The position numbers and the translations under genes are program-made. Below, piece by piece: positions 18,196 through 27,970 of a DNA stretch of 64,000 nt. Every line of letters starts with the position of its first letter. Position 1 is the first letter of the stretch. The stretch is taken from NCBI GenBank assembly GCA_964361705.1, contig CAYIBP010000001.1:26727-90726 (forward strand), read 5' to 3'. Under the pieces are notes generated by a model. It searched no databases. It had not been told where the DNA came from and saw only the letters and a program-made list of their open reading frames with translations. This DNA comes from an uncultured Candidatus Saccharibacteria bacterium (GTDB lineage: Bacteria; Patescibacteriota; Minisyncoccia; Phycocordibacterales; UBA9973).

Positions 18196-18310
18196 TGTAA
18201 AGTCAGGGAAATGCTATTTTTGGGTCGCTGTCTGGCGTTCCTACGCCAGCGCTGCCTCTCGGCCCGTCGGCCTGCGAGACACCCAAAAATAGCATTTCCC
18301 TGACTTTACA
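18196..18310. repeat. perfect 30-bp inverted repeat (tgtaaagtcagggaaatgctatttttgggt / revcomp) flanking a 55-bp GC-rich internally palindromic core
   Basis: Read directly. Arms 18196-18225 and 18281-18310 are exact reverse complements. Core (cgctgtctggcgttcctacgccagcgctgcctctcggcccgtcggcctgcgagac) is ~70% GC in a ~33% GC genome and contains sub-hairpins ctggcg/cgccag and ggcc/ggcc. Sits in the divergent trpS-dnaB intergenic region. Confidence 0.6.
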
Positions 18311-18362
18311 TTTCTCCACACTTTAATAACACCTTACCCACTTTTGTGGTTTTTGACATAGT

Positions 18363-19781
18363 TTGCACTGTGCTAAAATGCACTCAATGAAACAACAAAC
18401 AAGAAATGGTGATATACGCCTGCCCCCTCAACACACGACTTCTGAGCAAGCCGTTCTGGGTTCTATTATGCTCCGCAAAGATGCTGTACACGAAGTTGAA
18501 GACATGATAACTCCGGATTCTTTTTATGCTGAAAAAAATAAAATAATTTTTCAAGCGATGCTCGACCTGTCAATGAAAAGCGAACCGATAGATATGCTCT
18601 CGCTTTCTACTAAGCTAAGCGAACAAAAACTTTTAGAAAGAATAGGAGGCAATCAATATTTGGCAGAACTCGTAAATACTGTTCCCTCTTCCGCAAATAT
18701 AAAACACTACGCAAACATAGTACAAAAAAAATATGTACTGCGCAGTCTGATAGAAGCCGCAGATTATGTATCGGAACTGGCTTTTGAAGAAGGTGATGAT
18801 CATATGGACGATATTTTGGATCTAGCAGAAAAAAGAATGTTTAGCGTTGTGTCTTCGCCTAAAAATCAAAAATACACAAACTTGAAAGACGCATTGCCAG
18901 AAGCTTGGGAGAGACTCGAAAAACTGCATGAACACAAAGGCGCCTTGCGCGGACTGCCTACAGGATTCAAAGATCTGGATTCAATGCTTTCTGGATTACA
19001 AAATTCCGACCTCGTCATCTTGGCGGCAAGACCTTCAATGGGTAAGACCACGCTAGCTCTTGATATCGCCCGCATATCAGCCGTTACTCATGATAAATCT
19101 ATTTTAATATTCTCTCTTGAAATGTCTTCACAGCAACTTGTAGATAGAATGCTATCCGCTCAATCTCGTGTGAATGCTTGGAATTTGCGTACTGGGCACC
19201 TTTCTTCTGATCGAGATTTTTCACAACTCCGTGATTCTTTAGATAAACTTGCGAAAGCAAAAATATATATAGATGATCAACCAGGCAATTCTATAGTTAA
19301 AATGAAAGCTCTGGCTCGCAGATTAAAAGCTGAAAAAGGATTGGATTTGGTCGTGGTAGATTATCTTCAACTTATGACAACTTCCAAAAATTACGACTCT
19401 ATGGTCAACCAAGTTACTGAAATTTCTCGCTCTCTAAAAAGTTTAGCGAAGGAGCTTGATATACCGGTGCTTGCCCTTTCTCAGCTGTCTCGCGCAGTCG
19501 AATCCCGCGGAGGTAAACCTCGACTCTCTGATCTACGAGACTCTGGATCCATCGAACAAGATGCAGATGTGGTAATGTTTATACATAGAGAAGATAAAGG
19601 CAAAGATGAATCCGAACGCACGAACATCGCCGAAATATTGATAGAAAAACACAGAAACGGACCGACCGGCAAAGTGGATTTGTACTTTGACGAAAAAACT
19701 ACTACTTTCCTAAACCTTGAGAAAAGTAGTTTGAGTGAATTTTCTCAAGCAAAGGTCAGTGATGATTTGGAAGCATTTTAA
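18363..19781 (+). CDS. dnaB: replicative DNA helicase
   Basis: N-terminal DnaB domain (PPQHTTSEQAVLGSIM), Walker A (GKTT), RecA-like core, Walker B (DLVVVDYLQLM) and the ALSQLSR arginine-finger region. Exact start uncertain (several Met codons in first 10 residues). Confidence 0.9.
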   Translation: MHCAKMHSMKQQTRNGDIRLPPQHTTSEQAVLGSIMLRKDAVHEVEDMITPDSFYAEKNKIIFQAMLDLSMKSEPIDMLSLSTKLSEQKLLERIGGNQYLAELVNTVPSSANIKHYANIVQKKYVLRSLIEAADYVSELAFEEGDDHMDDILDLAEKRMFSVVSSPKNQKYTNLKDALPEAWERLEKLHEHKGALRGLPTGFKDLDSMLSGLQNSDLVILAARPSMGKTTLALDIARISAVTHDKSILIFSLEMSSQQLVDRMLSAQSRVNAWNLRTGHLSSDRDFSQLRDSLDKLAKAKIYIDDQPGNSIVKMKALARRLKAEKGLDLVVVDYLQLMTTSKNYDSMVNQVTEISRSLKSLAKELDIPVLALSQLSRAVESRGGKPRLSDLRDSGSIEQDADVVMFIHREDKGKDESERTNIAEILIEKHRNGPTGKVDLYFDEKTTTFLNLEKSSLSEFSQAKVSDDLEAF

Positions 19782-20392
19782 TGAACACTATAGAAAAATT
19801 AACAGAAATATTTAAGGAATTCCCTGGCATAGGAGAACGTCAAGCTAAACGCTTTGTGTATTTTTTGATGGGCAGACAAAATGGCTATACTACCCTACTC
19901 TCTGATCTCATAAAAGAATTAAAAAAAGAAGTAATGCAATGCAGTGAATGTTTCAAATTCTTTTTACTCAAAGACAATAATGCCAAAATCTGCGAGATAT
20001 GCAGTTCGAGCAACACAGATGATGCGGTATTGATGATAGTAGAAAAAGATTCTGATTTAGAGAGTGTAAATAAAAGCAGGGTCTATGCTGGTAAATATTT
20101 CATTCTTGGCGGACTCGTGCCGATAGTCGAGAAAAACACAAACAGCAGGATCAGAGTAAACGAACTTTTAAGTAAAATAAATAGAGAAAAAAATCTGCGA
20201 GAAATCATCTTGGCTTTTTCTCTTTCTCCCCAAGGCAATCATACAGATTTTTATATACGAAATCAGTTGAAAAATCTCACAGAAGAAAAAAATATAAAAA
20301 TATCCTCTCTCGGCCGAGGCCTCTCCACCGGCACCGAACTGGAATATTCCGATAACGACACTCTCAGAAATGCGTTAAAAAATAGACAATAA
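19781..20392 (+). CDS. recR: recombination protein RecR
   Basis: HhH motif (FPGIGERQAKRFVYFL), C4 zinc finger (CSECFKFF...CEICSS) and Toprim domain. Translationally coupled to dnaB (start overlaps dnaB stop). Confidence 0.9.
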   Translation: MNTIEKLTEIFKEFPGIGERQAKRFVYFLMGRQNGYTTLLSDLIKELKKEVMQCSECFKFFLLKDNNAKICEICSSSNTDDAVLMIVEKDSDLESVNKSRVYAGKYFILGGLVPIVEKNTNSRIRVNELLSKINREKNLREIILAFSLSPQGNHTDFYIRNQLKNLTEEKNIKISSLGRGLSTGTELEYSDNDTLRNALKNRQ

Positions 20393-20418
20393 AAAATTCC
20401 GCTTTAGCGGAATTTTTT
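20391..20418. terminator. intrinsic terminator hairpin aaaaaaTTCCGCtttaGCGGAAtttttt (bidirectional)
   Basis: Perfect stem with A-run 5' and T-run 3'. Located between convergent recR (+) and rplU (-). Confidence 0.6.
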
Positions 20419-20734
20419 ATTTTATAGAAATTATTTTTACTTTGAAGAAAGGCTGGCGATGGCCATTTCTGCGTAGATAACGAGATTTTTGTTTGTATTT
20501 TATCACCATCACTTTGCGTGCGCGTCCGATACCGACTATTTCTGCGTCAACTTTTGCACCTGTGATATAAGGAGCACCGATAGTAGTATCTTTGCCATTA
20601 TCAACAAGTAAAACCTGATCAAAAGACACTTTGTCTCCAACTTTGTATTCGCCTTTCATTTTCTCAATAGAAACAAGAGTGCCTGCTGACACCTTGTATT
20701 GTTTTCCCCCTGTTTGTATAACTGCAAATTCCAT
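20417..20734 (-). CDS. rplU: 50S ribosomal protein L21 (bL21)
   Basis: MEFAVIQTGGKQYKVSAGTLVSIEKM... matches bL21 N-terminus (AVIxTGGKQYKV). The listed ORF has a 12-codon upstream extension; start assigned to the MEFAV Met. Confidence 0.85.
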   Translation of the reverse strand: MEFAVIQTGGKQYKVSAGTLVSIEKMKGEYKVGDKVSFDQVLLVDNGKDTTIGAPYITGAKVDAEIVGIGRARKVMVIKYKQKSRYLRRNGHRQPFFKVKIISIK

Positions 20735-20788
20735 GAGTTTGATAATATATGATTTCCCCAAAAAAAGCAAGCTTTGCCTTGATATATT

Positions 20789-22591
20789 GTGTTACAATTA
20801 GACCCAGATATGAAAAGTATATTCAATAACCCTGTTTTATACCTTGCTCGAAAGATGTATCATTACGCCGGGAAAAGACGCAGAAAGATCTCCTGGACCA
20901 CCACTATGTTCATAATGTCCGGCTTGATATATGCTGCTCAGCCTTTGGTATTTGCCTATTTCCTAAACTCAATTCAAAAAAATGGAATAACCAAAGAAAA
21001 CATACTGACTTTATTCTCAGCATTATTACTTTTTCTCTTATGCGAGCTTGGATCTTGGGCATTTTGGGGTCCAGGCAGAATCATAGAGCAAGACACGGCT
21101 TTTACAATAAAAAAGAACTACAAAGAATATTTACTTCGCGGGGTGATGGCTTTGCCACTCTCTTGGCATACAGATCACCATTCTGGAGATACAATAGACA
21201 AAGTGGAAAAAGGCACAAATGCGATATTTTATTTTTCTGAAAGTACTTTCGAATTCATCGATGCGTTCATTAGAATCATCATTTCGTTTGTGGCTCTAAT
21301 CTTTCTAGATTTGTATTCAGCAATAGTAGTAATTGTGACATCTCTGTTTATCTTTTATATCATGATCTATTACGACAAGATGATAATTCCTGGATACAGT
21401 ATAGTAAACAAACTGGAAAATAAAACCTCCGCCAAAATATTTGACATCATCAGCAATATCACTACTGTCATCATACTGCGTATAGAGAATCTAGTCTTCA
21501 AATCCATCAGCAAAGCCATCGATCTGCCTTTTTCTCAATTCAGGAAAAATAACATAAACAACGAATTCAAGTGGTTTTGGGCAGCGGTTTTAGGTCAATC
21601 TTCCATAGTCATAGCTCTCGCTATTTATTTATTTTCAAACATTAGTACAGGCAAGGTCATACTCGTGGGTTCTATTTATATACTGTATAGCTATGCTTCC
21701 CGAGTACGAGAGACTTTCTTTAGTTTTGCACATCTTTACAACAGAGCCGTACGATGGAAATCAAACATAATAAACGCTGAAGAAATTTCGAAAGATTTTA
21801 TGCAAACTGCTTTGCTTGAAGACAGATATCTTCCAAAAAAATGGCAACACATATCCATAAACAATCTTTCTTTTTCTTACCATGATGAAGAGGGCGCAGA
21901 GTTACATCTAAATGATGTAAATGTGGACTTCGAAAGAGGTAGCAAAATAGCCGTGATTGGAGAGTCTGGAGGAGGCAAGACCACATTCCTCAAACTTTTC
22001 CGCGGGCTTTATATGCCAAAACAAATCAACCTCATGATTGATAAGAAGCAATTTGCCGAAGATTTCAATCTAATCAGCGATTCGATCTCTCTGATCCCTC
22101 AAGACCCTGAAATATTTTCTACGACAATTCGTGAAAACATAACTTTGGGTGTAGATTATACGGATAGAGAGATCAAAAAATTCATGGACATGGCTGCATT
22201 TTCTGATGTGTTAAAACGTCTACCAAAAGGCCTTGAGTCAAATATCGTAGAAAAGGGAGTAAACCTAAGCGGTGGCGAAAAACAGCGCTTGGCTCTCGCT
22301 CGCGGATTACTCGCATCAAAGGATAAAGACATCATACTATTAGATGAACCGACAAGTAGCGTAGACTTTCATAATGAACTTTATATATATGAAAATATCT
22401 TTGCCAGCTTTCCAAAGAAAACTGTCATCTCATCTATCCACAGACTCCATCTGCTTTCTCTTTTTGATGAGATCTTCTTTTTCAAAGATGGCAAGATAAT
22501 AACACGTGGCACACTGGAAGAACTGAAAACAAATTCTCCAGAATTCATGTCTCTTTGGGACAAATACTTGAAGACACAAGAAAATTCGTGA
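20789..22591 (+). CDS. ABC exporter, fused permease/ATPase
   Basis: N-terminal 6-TM domain; C-terminal NBD with Walker A (GESGGGKTT), signature (LSGGEKQRLALARGLL) and Walker B (ILLDEPTSSVD). Confidence 0.8.
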   Translation: MLQLDPDMKSIFNNPVLYLARKMYHYAGKRRRKISWTTTMFIMSGLIYAAQPLVFAYFLNSIQKNGITKENILTLFSALLLFLLCELGSWAFWGPGRIIEQDTAFTIKKNYKEYLLRGVMALPLSWHTDHHSGDTIDKVEKGTNAIFYFSESTFEFIDAFIRIIISFVALIFLDLYSAIVVIVTSLFIFYIMIYYDKMIIPGYSIVNKLENKTSAKIFDIISNITTVIILRIENLVFKSISKAIDLPFSQFRKNNINNEFKWFWAAVLGQSSIVIALAIYLFSNISTGKVILVGSIYILYSYASRVRETFFSFAHLYNRAVRWKSNIINAEEISKDFMQTALLEDRYLPKKWQHISINNLSFSYHDEEGAELHLNDVNVDFERGSKIAVIGESGGGKTTFLKLFRGLYMPKQINLMIDKKQFAEDFNLISDSISLIPQDPEIFSTTIRENITLGVDYTDREIKKFMDMAAFSDVLKRLPKGLESNIVEKGVNLSGGEKQRLALARGLLASKDKDIILLDEPTSSVDFHNELYIYENIFASFPKKTVISSIHRLHLLSLFDEIFFFKDGKIITRGTLEELKTNSPEFMSLWDKYLKTQENS

Positions 22592-22595
22592 TATA

Positions 22596-23630
22596 ATGAA
22601 ATTTATGCAAACAAAAATTATTGAGAGATATTTTTTCTTCGCTTTATTATTCGTAACTTTCGTTTTTTCTGTTCTAATCTTCCGCCCTTTCTGGGTAGTT
22701 CTTGTGTTGGGAGTATCTTTCTCTGTTGTACTTTATCCTGTATACGAGTGGCTTAAAGAAAAGATGAAAACGCCAGATTGGCTGTCTTCCGCGCTCACCG
22801 TACTTTTGTTTGTGTTTATTGTAGCCATTCCCCTGTTTGGGATAGGAGTGATGGTATTCAATCAAAGCCAAGACGCCTATCATGTCATAGTGAACAATGT
22901 CGACTCCTTGTCATTCTTGGATACTGTCAATGTTTCAATAAACAAAATTCTGCCTGAAAATATGTCCTTTGATTTATACGACAAACTTTCTGGCTTTATT
23001 TCATTTGTAGTAAGCAACATAACCGGCATTTTTACTTTTACACTTTCCGCTATTTTTTCAGCTCTGTTGACTCTGCTTGCAGTTTTTTATTTCTTGAAAG
23101 ATGGTGCAAGCTGGAAGAAATCTTTAATAACATTGAGCCCTCTTGCAGATATAGATGATGAGAAAATCATACAGAAATTATCAAACGGAATAAATGGCAT
23201 ATTAAAGCAATACCTTCTTATGGCGCTTGTTCAAGGTATCCTGATGGGAGTAGGCCTTACATTGTTCGGTGTTCCTAATCCGGCATTATGGGGATTGGTC
23301 ACAATATTTGCCGCGCTAGTGCCTACCATCGGTACAGCTTTGATATCAATACCCGCAATCATATTCCTTTATGCTACAGGCCACGCCATGGCAGCGGCCG
23401 GACTCTTGGTATGGTCAATATCTATGGTGGGAATGATAGACAACTTACTAAGCCCTGTCATAGTGGGTAAAAAAATAAATCTGCCTCCTTTCCTGATTCT
23501 TTTCTCTGTGCTGGGTGGACTGTCTCTTTTAGGACCTATCGGAATACTTATGGGTCCACTTACCGTCAGCTTATTGCACTCTTTGCTTTCTATATATAGA
23601 CATGAATTCCAGCCAAAAAGTATAACCTAA
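22596..23630 (+). CDS. AI-2E family (PerM/UPF0118) membrane transporter
   Basis: 344 aa, ~8 TM helices, topology and size typical of AI-2E family. Assignment by overall pattern; no single diagnostic motif. Confidence 0.6.
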   Translation: MKFMQTKIIERYFFFALLFVTFVFSVLIFRPFWVVLVLGVSFSVVLYPVYEWLKEKMKTPDWLSSALTVLLFVFIVAIPLFGIGVMVFNQSQDAYHVIVNNVDSLSFLDTVNVSINKILPENMSFDLYDKLSGFISFVVSNITGIFTFTLSAIFSALLTLLAVFYFLKDGASWKKSLITLSPLADIDDEKIIQKLSNGINGILKQYLLMALVQGILMGVGLTLFGVPNPALWGLVTIFAALVPTIGTALISIPAIIFLYATGHAMAAAGLLVWSISMVGMIDNLLSPVIVGKKINLPPFLILFSVLGGLSLLGPIGILMGPLTVSLLHSLLSIYRHEFQPKSIT

Positions 23631-23635
23631 CCACC

Positions 23636-25006
23636 ATGCCTCTCTCATTCTTTAATACTCTTACAAAAGAAAAAGAAAGCTTCGTTCCGATAAAAAAAGA
23701 TGAGGTCAGTATGTATACTTGTGGACCGACTGTCTACAACTTTGCCCACATCGGCAATCACAGAGCTTATGTTTTTGCTGACATCTTGAAAAGAGTACTA
23801 TTGTACAATGACTTCAAAGTCAAACATGTTATGAATTTGACTGATGTGGATGATAAAACGATTCGCGATTCTCAAAAAGAAAACAAAAAATTAGCAGAGT
23901 TTACAGAGTTTTATTCACAAAAATTTTTTGAAGATATTAAATCGCTAGGAATATTGGAACCTTCCGTGTTTACCAAAGCTACCGACAATATACAGCAAAT
24001 GGTAGATCTGACAGATATATTACTCAAAAAAAGTATTGCCTACAAGAGTGAAGATGGAAGCATTTATTTTAACATCAGAAAGTTTGAAAATTATGGCAAT
24101 CTCTCCAGACTTTCTTTAGAAAACCAGAAAGAAAATGCTTCGGGTAGAATAAAAAAAGACGAATACGAAAAAGATAATGTTGAAGATTTCGCATTATGGA
24201 AAGCATGGGATGAAAATGACGGCGATGTATTTTGGGAAACCCATCTGGGCAAAGGTCGTCCGGGATGGCATATAGAATGTTCTGCGATGAGTATGCGATT
24301 TCTAGGAGAAACTTTGGACATACACACAGGCGGAGTGGATTTGATATTCCCCCACCACGAAAACGAAATAGCTCAATCCGAAGGCGCCACGGAAAAACAA
24401 TTCGTAAAATACTGGGTGCACAATGAATGGGTATTGGTAGATGGCAAAAAAATGTCAAAATCTCTCGGCAATTTTTACACTTTGCGCGATATTGTCGCGA
24501 AAGATATTAATCCTCTCGCTTTTAGATTGTGGCTATTGATGGCGCATTACAGGACAAAAATAAATTTTGTCTGGGAGGCACTAGAAGGCGCAGATACAGC
24601 CCTAAATAGGCTTTACGCCCTTTATAATTCTCTAGGAGAAGATATGGGTACAGTTGACCAAAACTACAGAGAAAAATTTAAACAATACATCAATGATGAT
24701 CTAGACACTCCTCGCGCTCTAACAGTGTTATGGGAAGTGCTAAAAGACGAATCACTGTCTCCTTCTGATAAAAAAGCTACAGTTCTAGATTTCGATAAAG
24801 TTTTAGGTCTTGGCTTTGTAGATGCAAAAACTAAGACAAAAGAAGAAGTTACGATCCCGGACAATATTGCTATTCTTTTGGAAGAACGTAAAAAAAGCAA
24901 AGCAGATAAAGATTTTAAAAAATCCGACGAATTACGCGCGGAAATAAACAGCTTGGGATACGAAGTCAAAGACACAAAAGACGGACAGGAAATTTACAGC
25001 ATCTAA
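23636..25006 (+). CDS. cysS: cysteinyl-tRNA synthetase
   Basis: CGPTVYNFAHIGNHR (HIGH region with zinc-binding Cys), KMSKSLGN motif, and C-terminal DALR-like anticodon-binding domain. Confidence 0.9.
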   Translation: MPLSFFNTLTKEKESFVPIKKDEVSMYTCGPTVYNFAHIGNHRAYVFADILKRVLLYNDFKVKHVMNLTDVDDKTIRDSQKENKKLAEFTEFYSQKFFEDIKSLGILEPSVFTKATDNIQQMVDLTDILLKKSIAYKSEDGSIYFNIRKFENYGNLSRLSLENQKENASGRIKKDEYEKDNVEDFALWKAWDENDGDVFWETHLGKGRPGWHIECSAMSMRFLGETLDIHTGGVDLIFPHHENEIAQSEGATEKQFVKYWVHNEWVLVDGKKMSKSLGNFYTLRDIVAKDINPLAFRLWLLMAHYRTKINFVWEALEGADTALNRLYALYNSLGEDMGTVDQNYREKFKQYINDDLDTPRALTVLWEVLKDESLSPSDKKATVLDFDKVLGLGFVDAKTKTKEEVTIPDNIAILLEERKKSKADKDFKKSDELRAEINSLGYEVKDTKDGQEIYSI

Positions 25007-25013
25007 TAAGAAT

Positions 25014-25934
25014 CTAGTTTTTCTTTGGGAAAATCACAGACATCAGTAAAGATATTCCAAAGACCAGCATAATAACAGAAAAAGAAACTAATGAGGACAA
25101 ATGAAGTCCAACCATACCAAAAAGCATTTTGGCCCCAACAAATACAAGTATAAAGGCAAGGCCTTTCTGTAAATGATGAAACTTGTGTAGAACATTTTCT
25201 ATCAAGAAAAAGAGCGCGCGAAGTCCCATAACGGCAAAAATATTTGAAGTGAATATGATAAATGTGTTTTGAGTTATTGAAAACGCTGCCGGTATTGAAT
25301 CTATGGCAAAAACTATATCTGCACTTTCCACAATCAACAACACCATAAACATTATGGTAGCGTGCAGTTTGCCATTGTCTTTAATGAAAAACTTGCCTTC
25401 ATGGGGAGCTGTAGTAAAAGGTAAAAAGTGTCTGGCAAATTTTATTATTCTACTCTCGTGAAAATTTATATGCTCTTCTTTTTTTTCAAAAAACAATTTG
25501 AAACCTGTATAAATCAAAATTGCCCCAAAAACATAAAGCACAAAATGAAACTGACTGATAACCAAAGACCCGATGCCGATAAATAATGCTCGGAAAATAA
25601 TCGCTCCCAATATGCCCCAAAACAAAACCTTGTGATAGTATTTTTCTTCTAGCTTAAAAAAACTGAAAATAAGGAGTATAACAAATAGGTTGTCTACCGA
25701 AAGCATCTTTTCTGTAACATAAGCACTCAAAAATTCTATGGCCATTATCTTATCCATGAACAAAAATAAGCCTAATGCGAATAAGAGTGCTAAAACTATC
25801 CAAAATATAGATTGGCTCAGCGCCTCTTTTATGCCTATTCTGTGAGCTTTCTTGTTTAGAAATCCCAGATCAAAAACCAAGAAGCCTACAATCAGAATTG
25901 TAAAGACTATTGAAAAAATACTTTGAATTTCCAT
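25014..25934 (-). CDS. TerC family integral membrane protein
   Basis: 306 aa polytopic membrane protein containing the conserved LSVDN motif (MLSVDNLFVILLIF). Confidence 0.7.
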   Translation of the reverse strand: MEIQSIFSIVFTILIVGFLVFDLGFLNKKAHRIGIKEALSQSIFWIVLALLFALGLFLFMDKIMAIEFLSAYVTEKMLSVDNLFVILLIFSFFKLEEKYYHKVLFWGILGAIIFRALFIGIGSLVISQFHFVLYVFGAILIYTGFKLFFEKKEEHINFHESRIIKFARHFLPFTTAPHEGKFFIKDNGKLHATIMFMVLLIVESADIVFAIDSIPAAFSITQNTFIIFTSNIFAVMGLRALFFLIENVLHKFHHLQKGLAFILVFVGAKMLFGMVGLHLSSLVSFSVIMLVFGISLLMSVIFPKKN

Positions 25935-26845
25935 CGTTAGATGATAGCATATATCTCATGATAGATAAAATCATAAATACAAAAAATATAAAAGGGGCCG
26001 ATGTGGTCTTACTCAGTGCTCCTTATGAAGGAGGTATTTCTTTTATGGGAGGCACCTCAAAAGCTCCGAGAAAAATCATAGATTGTTTGGACAGCAAACT
26101 TGAACTTTTTGATAGAGATTTCCTTTGCGAACCTGCGAAAAAAATAAAAACTGCACACAAAGAGATAAAAGGATTAGAAAAACTCTCTCCCGAAAAAGCA
26201 GCCAAAAAGATCAGCACTGAATACCAGTCTGTATTAAAAGAGAATAAATTTATTATCTTGCTCGGTGGTGAACACGGAGTTTCTTTTGGAGCTCTAGACG
26301 CAATAGCTAAAAATGAAAACCCGAAAGATATCACAATACTACAAATAGACGCCCACCAAGACCTGCGTGATGATAATAGCGATTATAGTGATGAAAAAGA
26401 AAAATTCGCGCATTCTTGCGTAATCAGACGCGCGCACGAGATGGGCTACAATCTAGTCCAAGTGGGCATACGAGTTTATTCAAGATACGAATACGATTAT
26501 TGGCAAAAAAACAAAGACACTATCACGGTCTTTGAATGGAACGGAGATAAAATTCCAGATATTTCAGAAATCTTAAAATCAATAAAAACAAAAAAAGTTT
26601 ATCTGTCTATAGATGTGGATGGATTTGATCCTGCTCATATGCCCGGCACCGGTACCCCAGTGCAAGGTGGTCTGGAATGGAATTATGGGCTTTCATTAAT
26701 AAAAGAAACAATAAAACAAAGAGATGTCGTTGGCGCAGATATAGTAGAAGTTTCCCCACAAAAAGATTCCGTCATCACCGAAGCCGGCGCCGCATTTCTG
26801 GTCTACAAAATAATGGCGCAGAAATTCGCAAATAAACTCAAATAG
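25910..26845 (+). CDS. ureohydrolase (agmatinase/arginase family)
   Basis: Mn-binding motifs GGEHGVSFGALDAI, QIDAHQDLRDD and SIDVDGFDP. The first ~16 codons overlap the TerC start, so the true start may be the internal Met near 25958. Confidence 0.75.
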   Translation: MKKYFEFPSLDDSIYLMIDKIINTKNIKGADVVLLSAPYEGGISFMGGTSKAPRKIIDCLDSKLELFDRDFLCEPAKKIKTAHKEIKGLEKLSPEKAAKKISTEYQSVLKENKFIILLGGEHGVSFGALDAIAKNENPKDITILQIDAHQDLRDDNSDYSDEKEKFAHSCVIRRAHEMGYNLVQVGIRVYSRYEYDYWQKNKDTITVFEWNGDKIPDISEILKSIKTKKVYLSIDVDGFDPAHMPGTGTPVQGGLEWNYGLSLIKETIKQRDVVGADIVEVSPQKDSVITEAGAAFLVYKIMAQKFANKLK

Positions 26846-26859
26846 AAATCTATAAAGCT

Positions 26860-27963
26860 TTATATCCCCTCTTTCTTTAATTCCCCTATTATTTCTCTTT
26901 CTTTGCGGGAAAGTTTTTTGGGAAGTTTTATTTCAAGTTTTATTAGTAAGTCTCCGCGTTTACTCTTTGATACGGGCACGCCTCTGCCTCTGACACGCAA
27001 TATCTCGCCTATGGATACGCCTTCGGGAATCTTTACATCTATCTTGCCGTCTAGAGTTTCTATCTCGTATTCTGCGCCGAGCAGAGCATCTGTGAGCTTG
27101 AGGTCCAGATCCATCACCAAATCACTACCTTCTCTTTTAAAAACTGGATGACTCGCAACATTTATCTTTATATACAAGTCTCCTGCTGTGCCTTTTGACA
27201 CCGCTTCGCCTACACCTGTCATGCGCACCATTTCACCATTGCGAATACCAGATGGCACATTAATAGTTATTTCTTCTTGGCGACGCAAGACACCTTTGCC
27301 TTTACAAGTATCGCATTTTTCTTTTGGCACAGTACCGGAGCCCAGACACTCTTCGCAAAGCTTCGTACTTGAAATAGTACCTAGAATCGTGCGTTTTGCT
27401 TCGCGTATTTTTCCCTGGCCATTGCAATATTTGCAAGTTTCCATTTTCGTATCTTTCTTTGCTCCAGAACCACTGCAAGTCGCACAAGTCGAAGTCTTTG
27501 TTATCAAAATCTTTCTTGTTACACCAAATACAGCGTCAGCAAAAGAAATCTGTATTTCAGTAGAAACATCCCTGCCTCTTCGTTCTTGTGTCCTGCCCCC
27601 ACCCATACCGCCAGTGAAAAAATCACTAAAGATATCATTTAAATTTCCAAAATCAAATTCTGCTCCGCCATTTTGAAATCCCTGAGAAAAACCACCGAAA
27701 TCAAACCCTTCAAATCCGCCAAAGCCCTGACCTTGTCCACCTCCGCCCATGTTTGCATAGTTTGCGCCAAATTGATCGTATTTTGATCTCTTGCCGTCAT
27801 CAGAAAGAGTTTGGTACGCCTCATTTACTTCTTTAAATTTTTTTTCATCTCCTTCTTTTTTGTCGGGATGATATTTGTGCGCCATTTTATAGAACGCTTT
27901 TTTTATTTCGTCTTTCGATGCGCCCTTATTTACACCTAAAATTTCATAGTAATCCTTGCTCAT
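26860..27963 (-). CDS. dnaJ: chaperone DnaJ
   Basis: J domain with HPD (DYYEILGV...[11 protein letters not shown]), G/F-rich linker, four CxxCxGxG zinc-finger repeats, and C-terminal substrate-binding domains. ATG at 27961-27963 chosen over the upstream GTG listed in the ORF track. Confidence 0.9.
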   Translation of the reverse strand: MSKDYYEILGVNKGASKDEIKKAFYKMAHKYHPDKKEGDEKKFKEVNEAYQTLSDDGKRSKYDQFGANYANMGGGGQGQGFGGFEGFDFGGFSQGFQNGGAEFDFGNLNDIFSDFFTGGMGGGRTQERRGRDVSTEIQISFADAVFGVTRKILITKTSTCATCSGSGAKKDTKMETCKYCNGQGKIREAKRTILGTISSTKLCEECLGSGTVPKEKCDTCKGKGVLRRQEEITINVPSGIRNGEMVRMTGVGEAVSKGTAGDLYIKINVASHPVFKREGSDLVMDLDLKLTDALLGAEYEIETLDGKIDVKIPEGVSIGEILRVRGRGVPVSKSKRGDLLIKLEIKLPKKLSRKEREIIGELKKEGI

Positions 27964-27970
27964 ACGCACA

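Noticed and set aside
18226-18280. GC-rich core at 18226-18280 as a tRNA or other canonical RNA gene
   Set aside because: Too short (55 nt) and lacking T-loop GTTC or D-loop features; no RNase P, SRP or tmRNA signatures. Kept only as an unexplained structured element.
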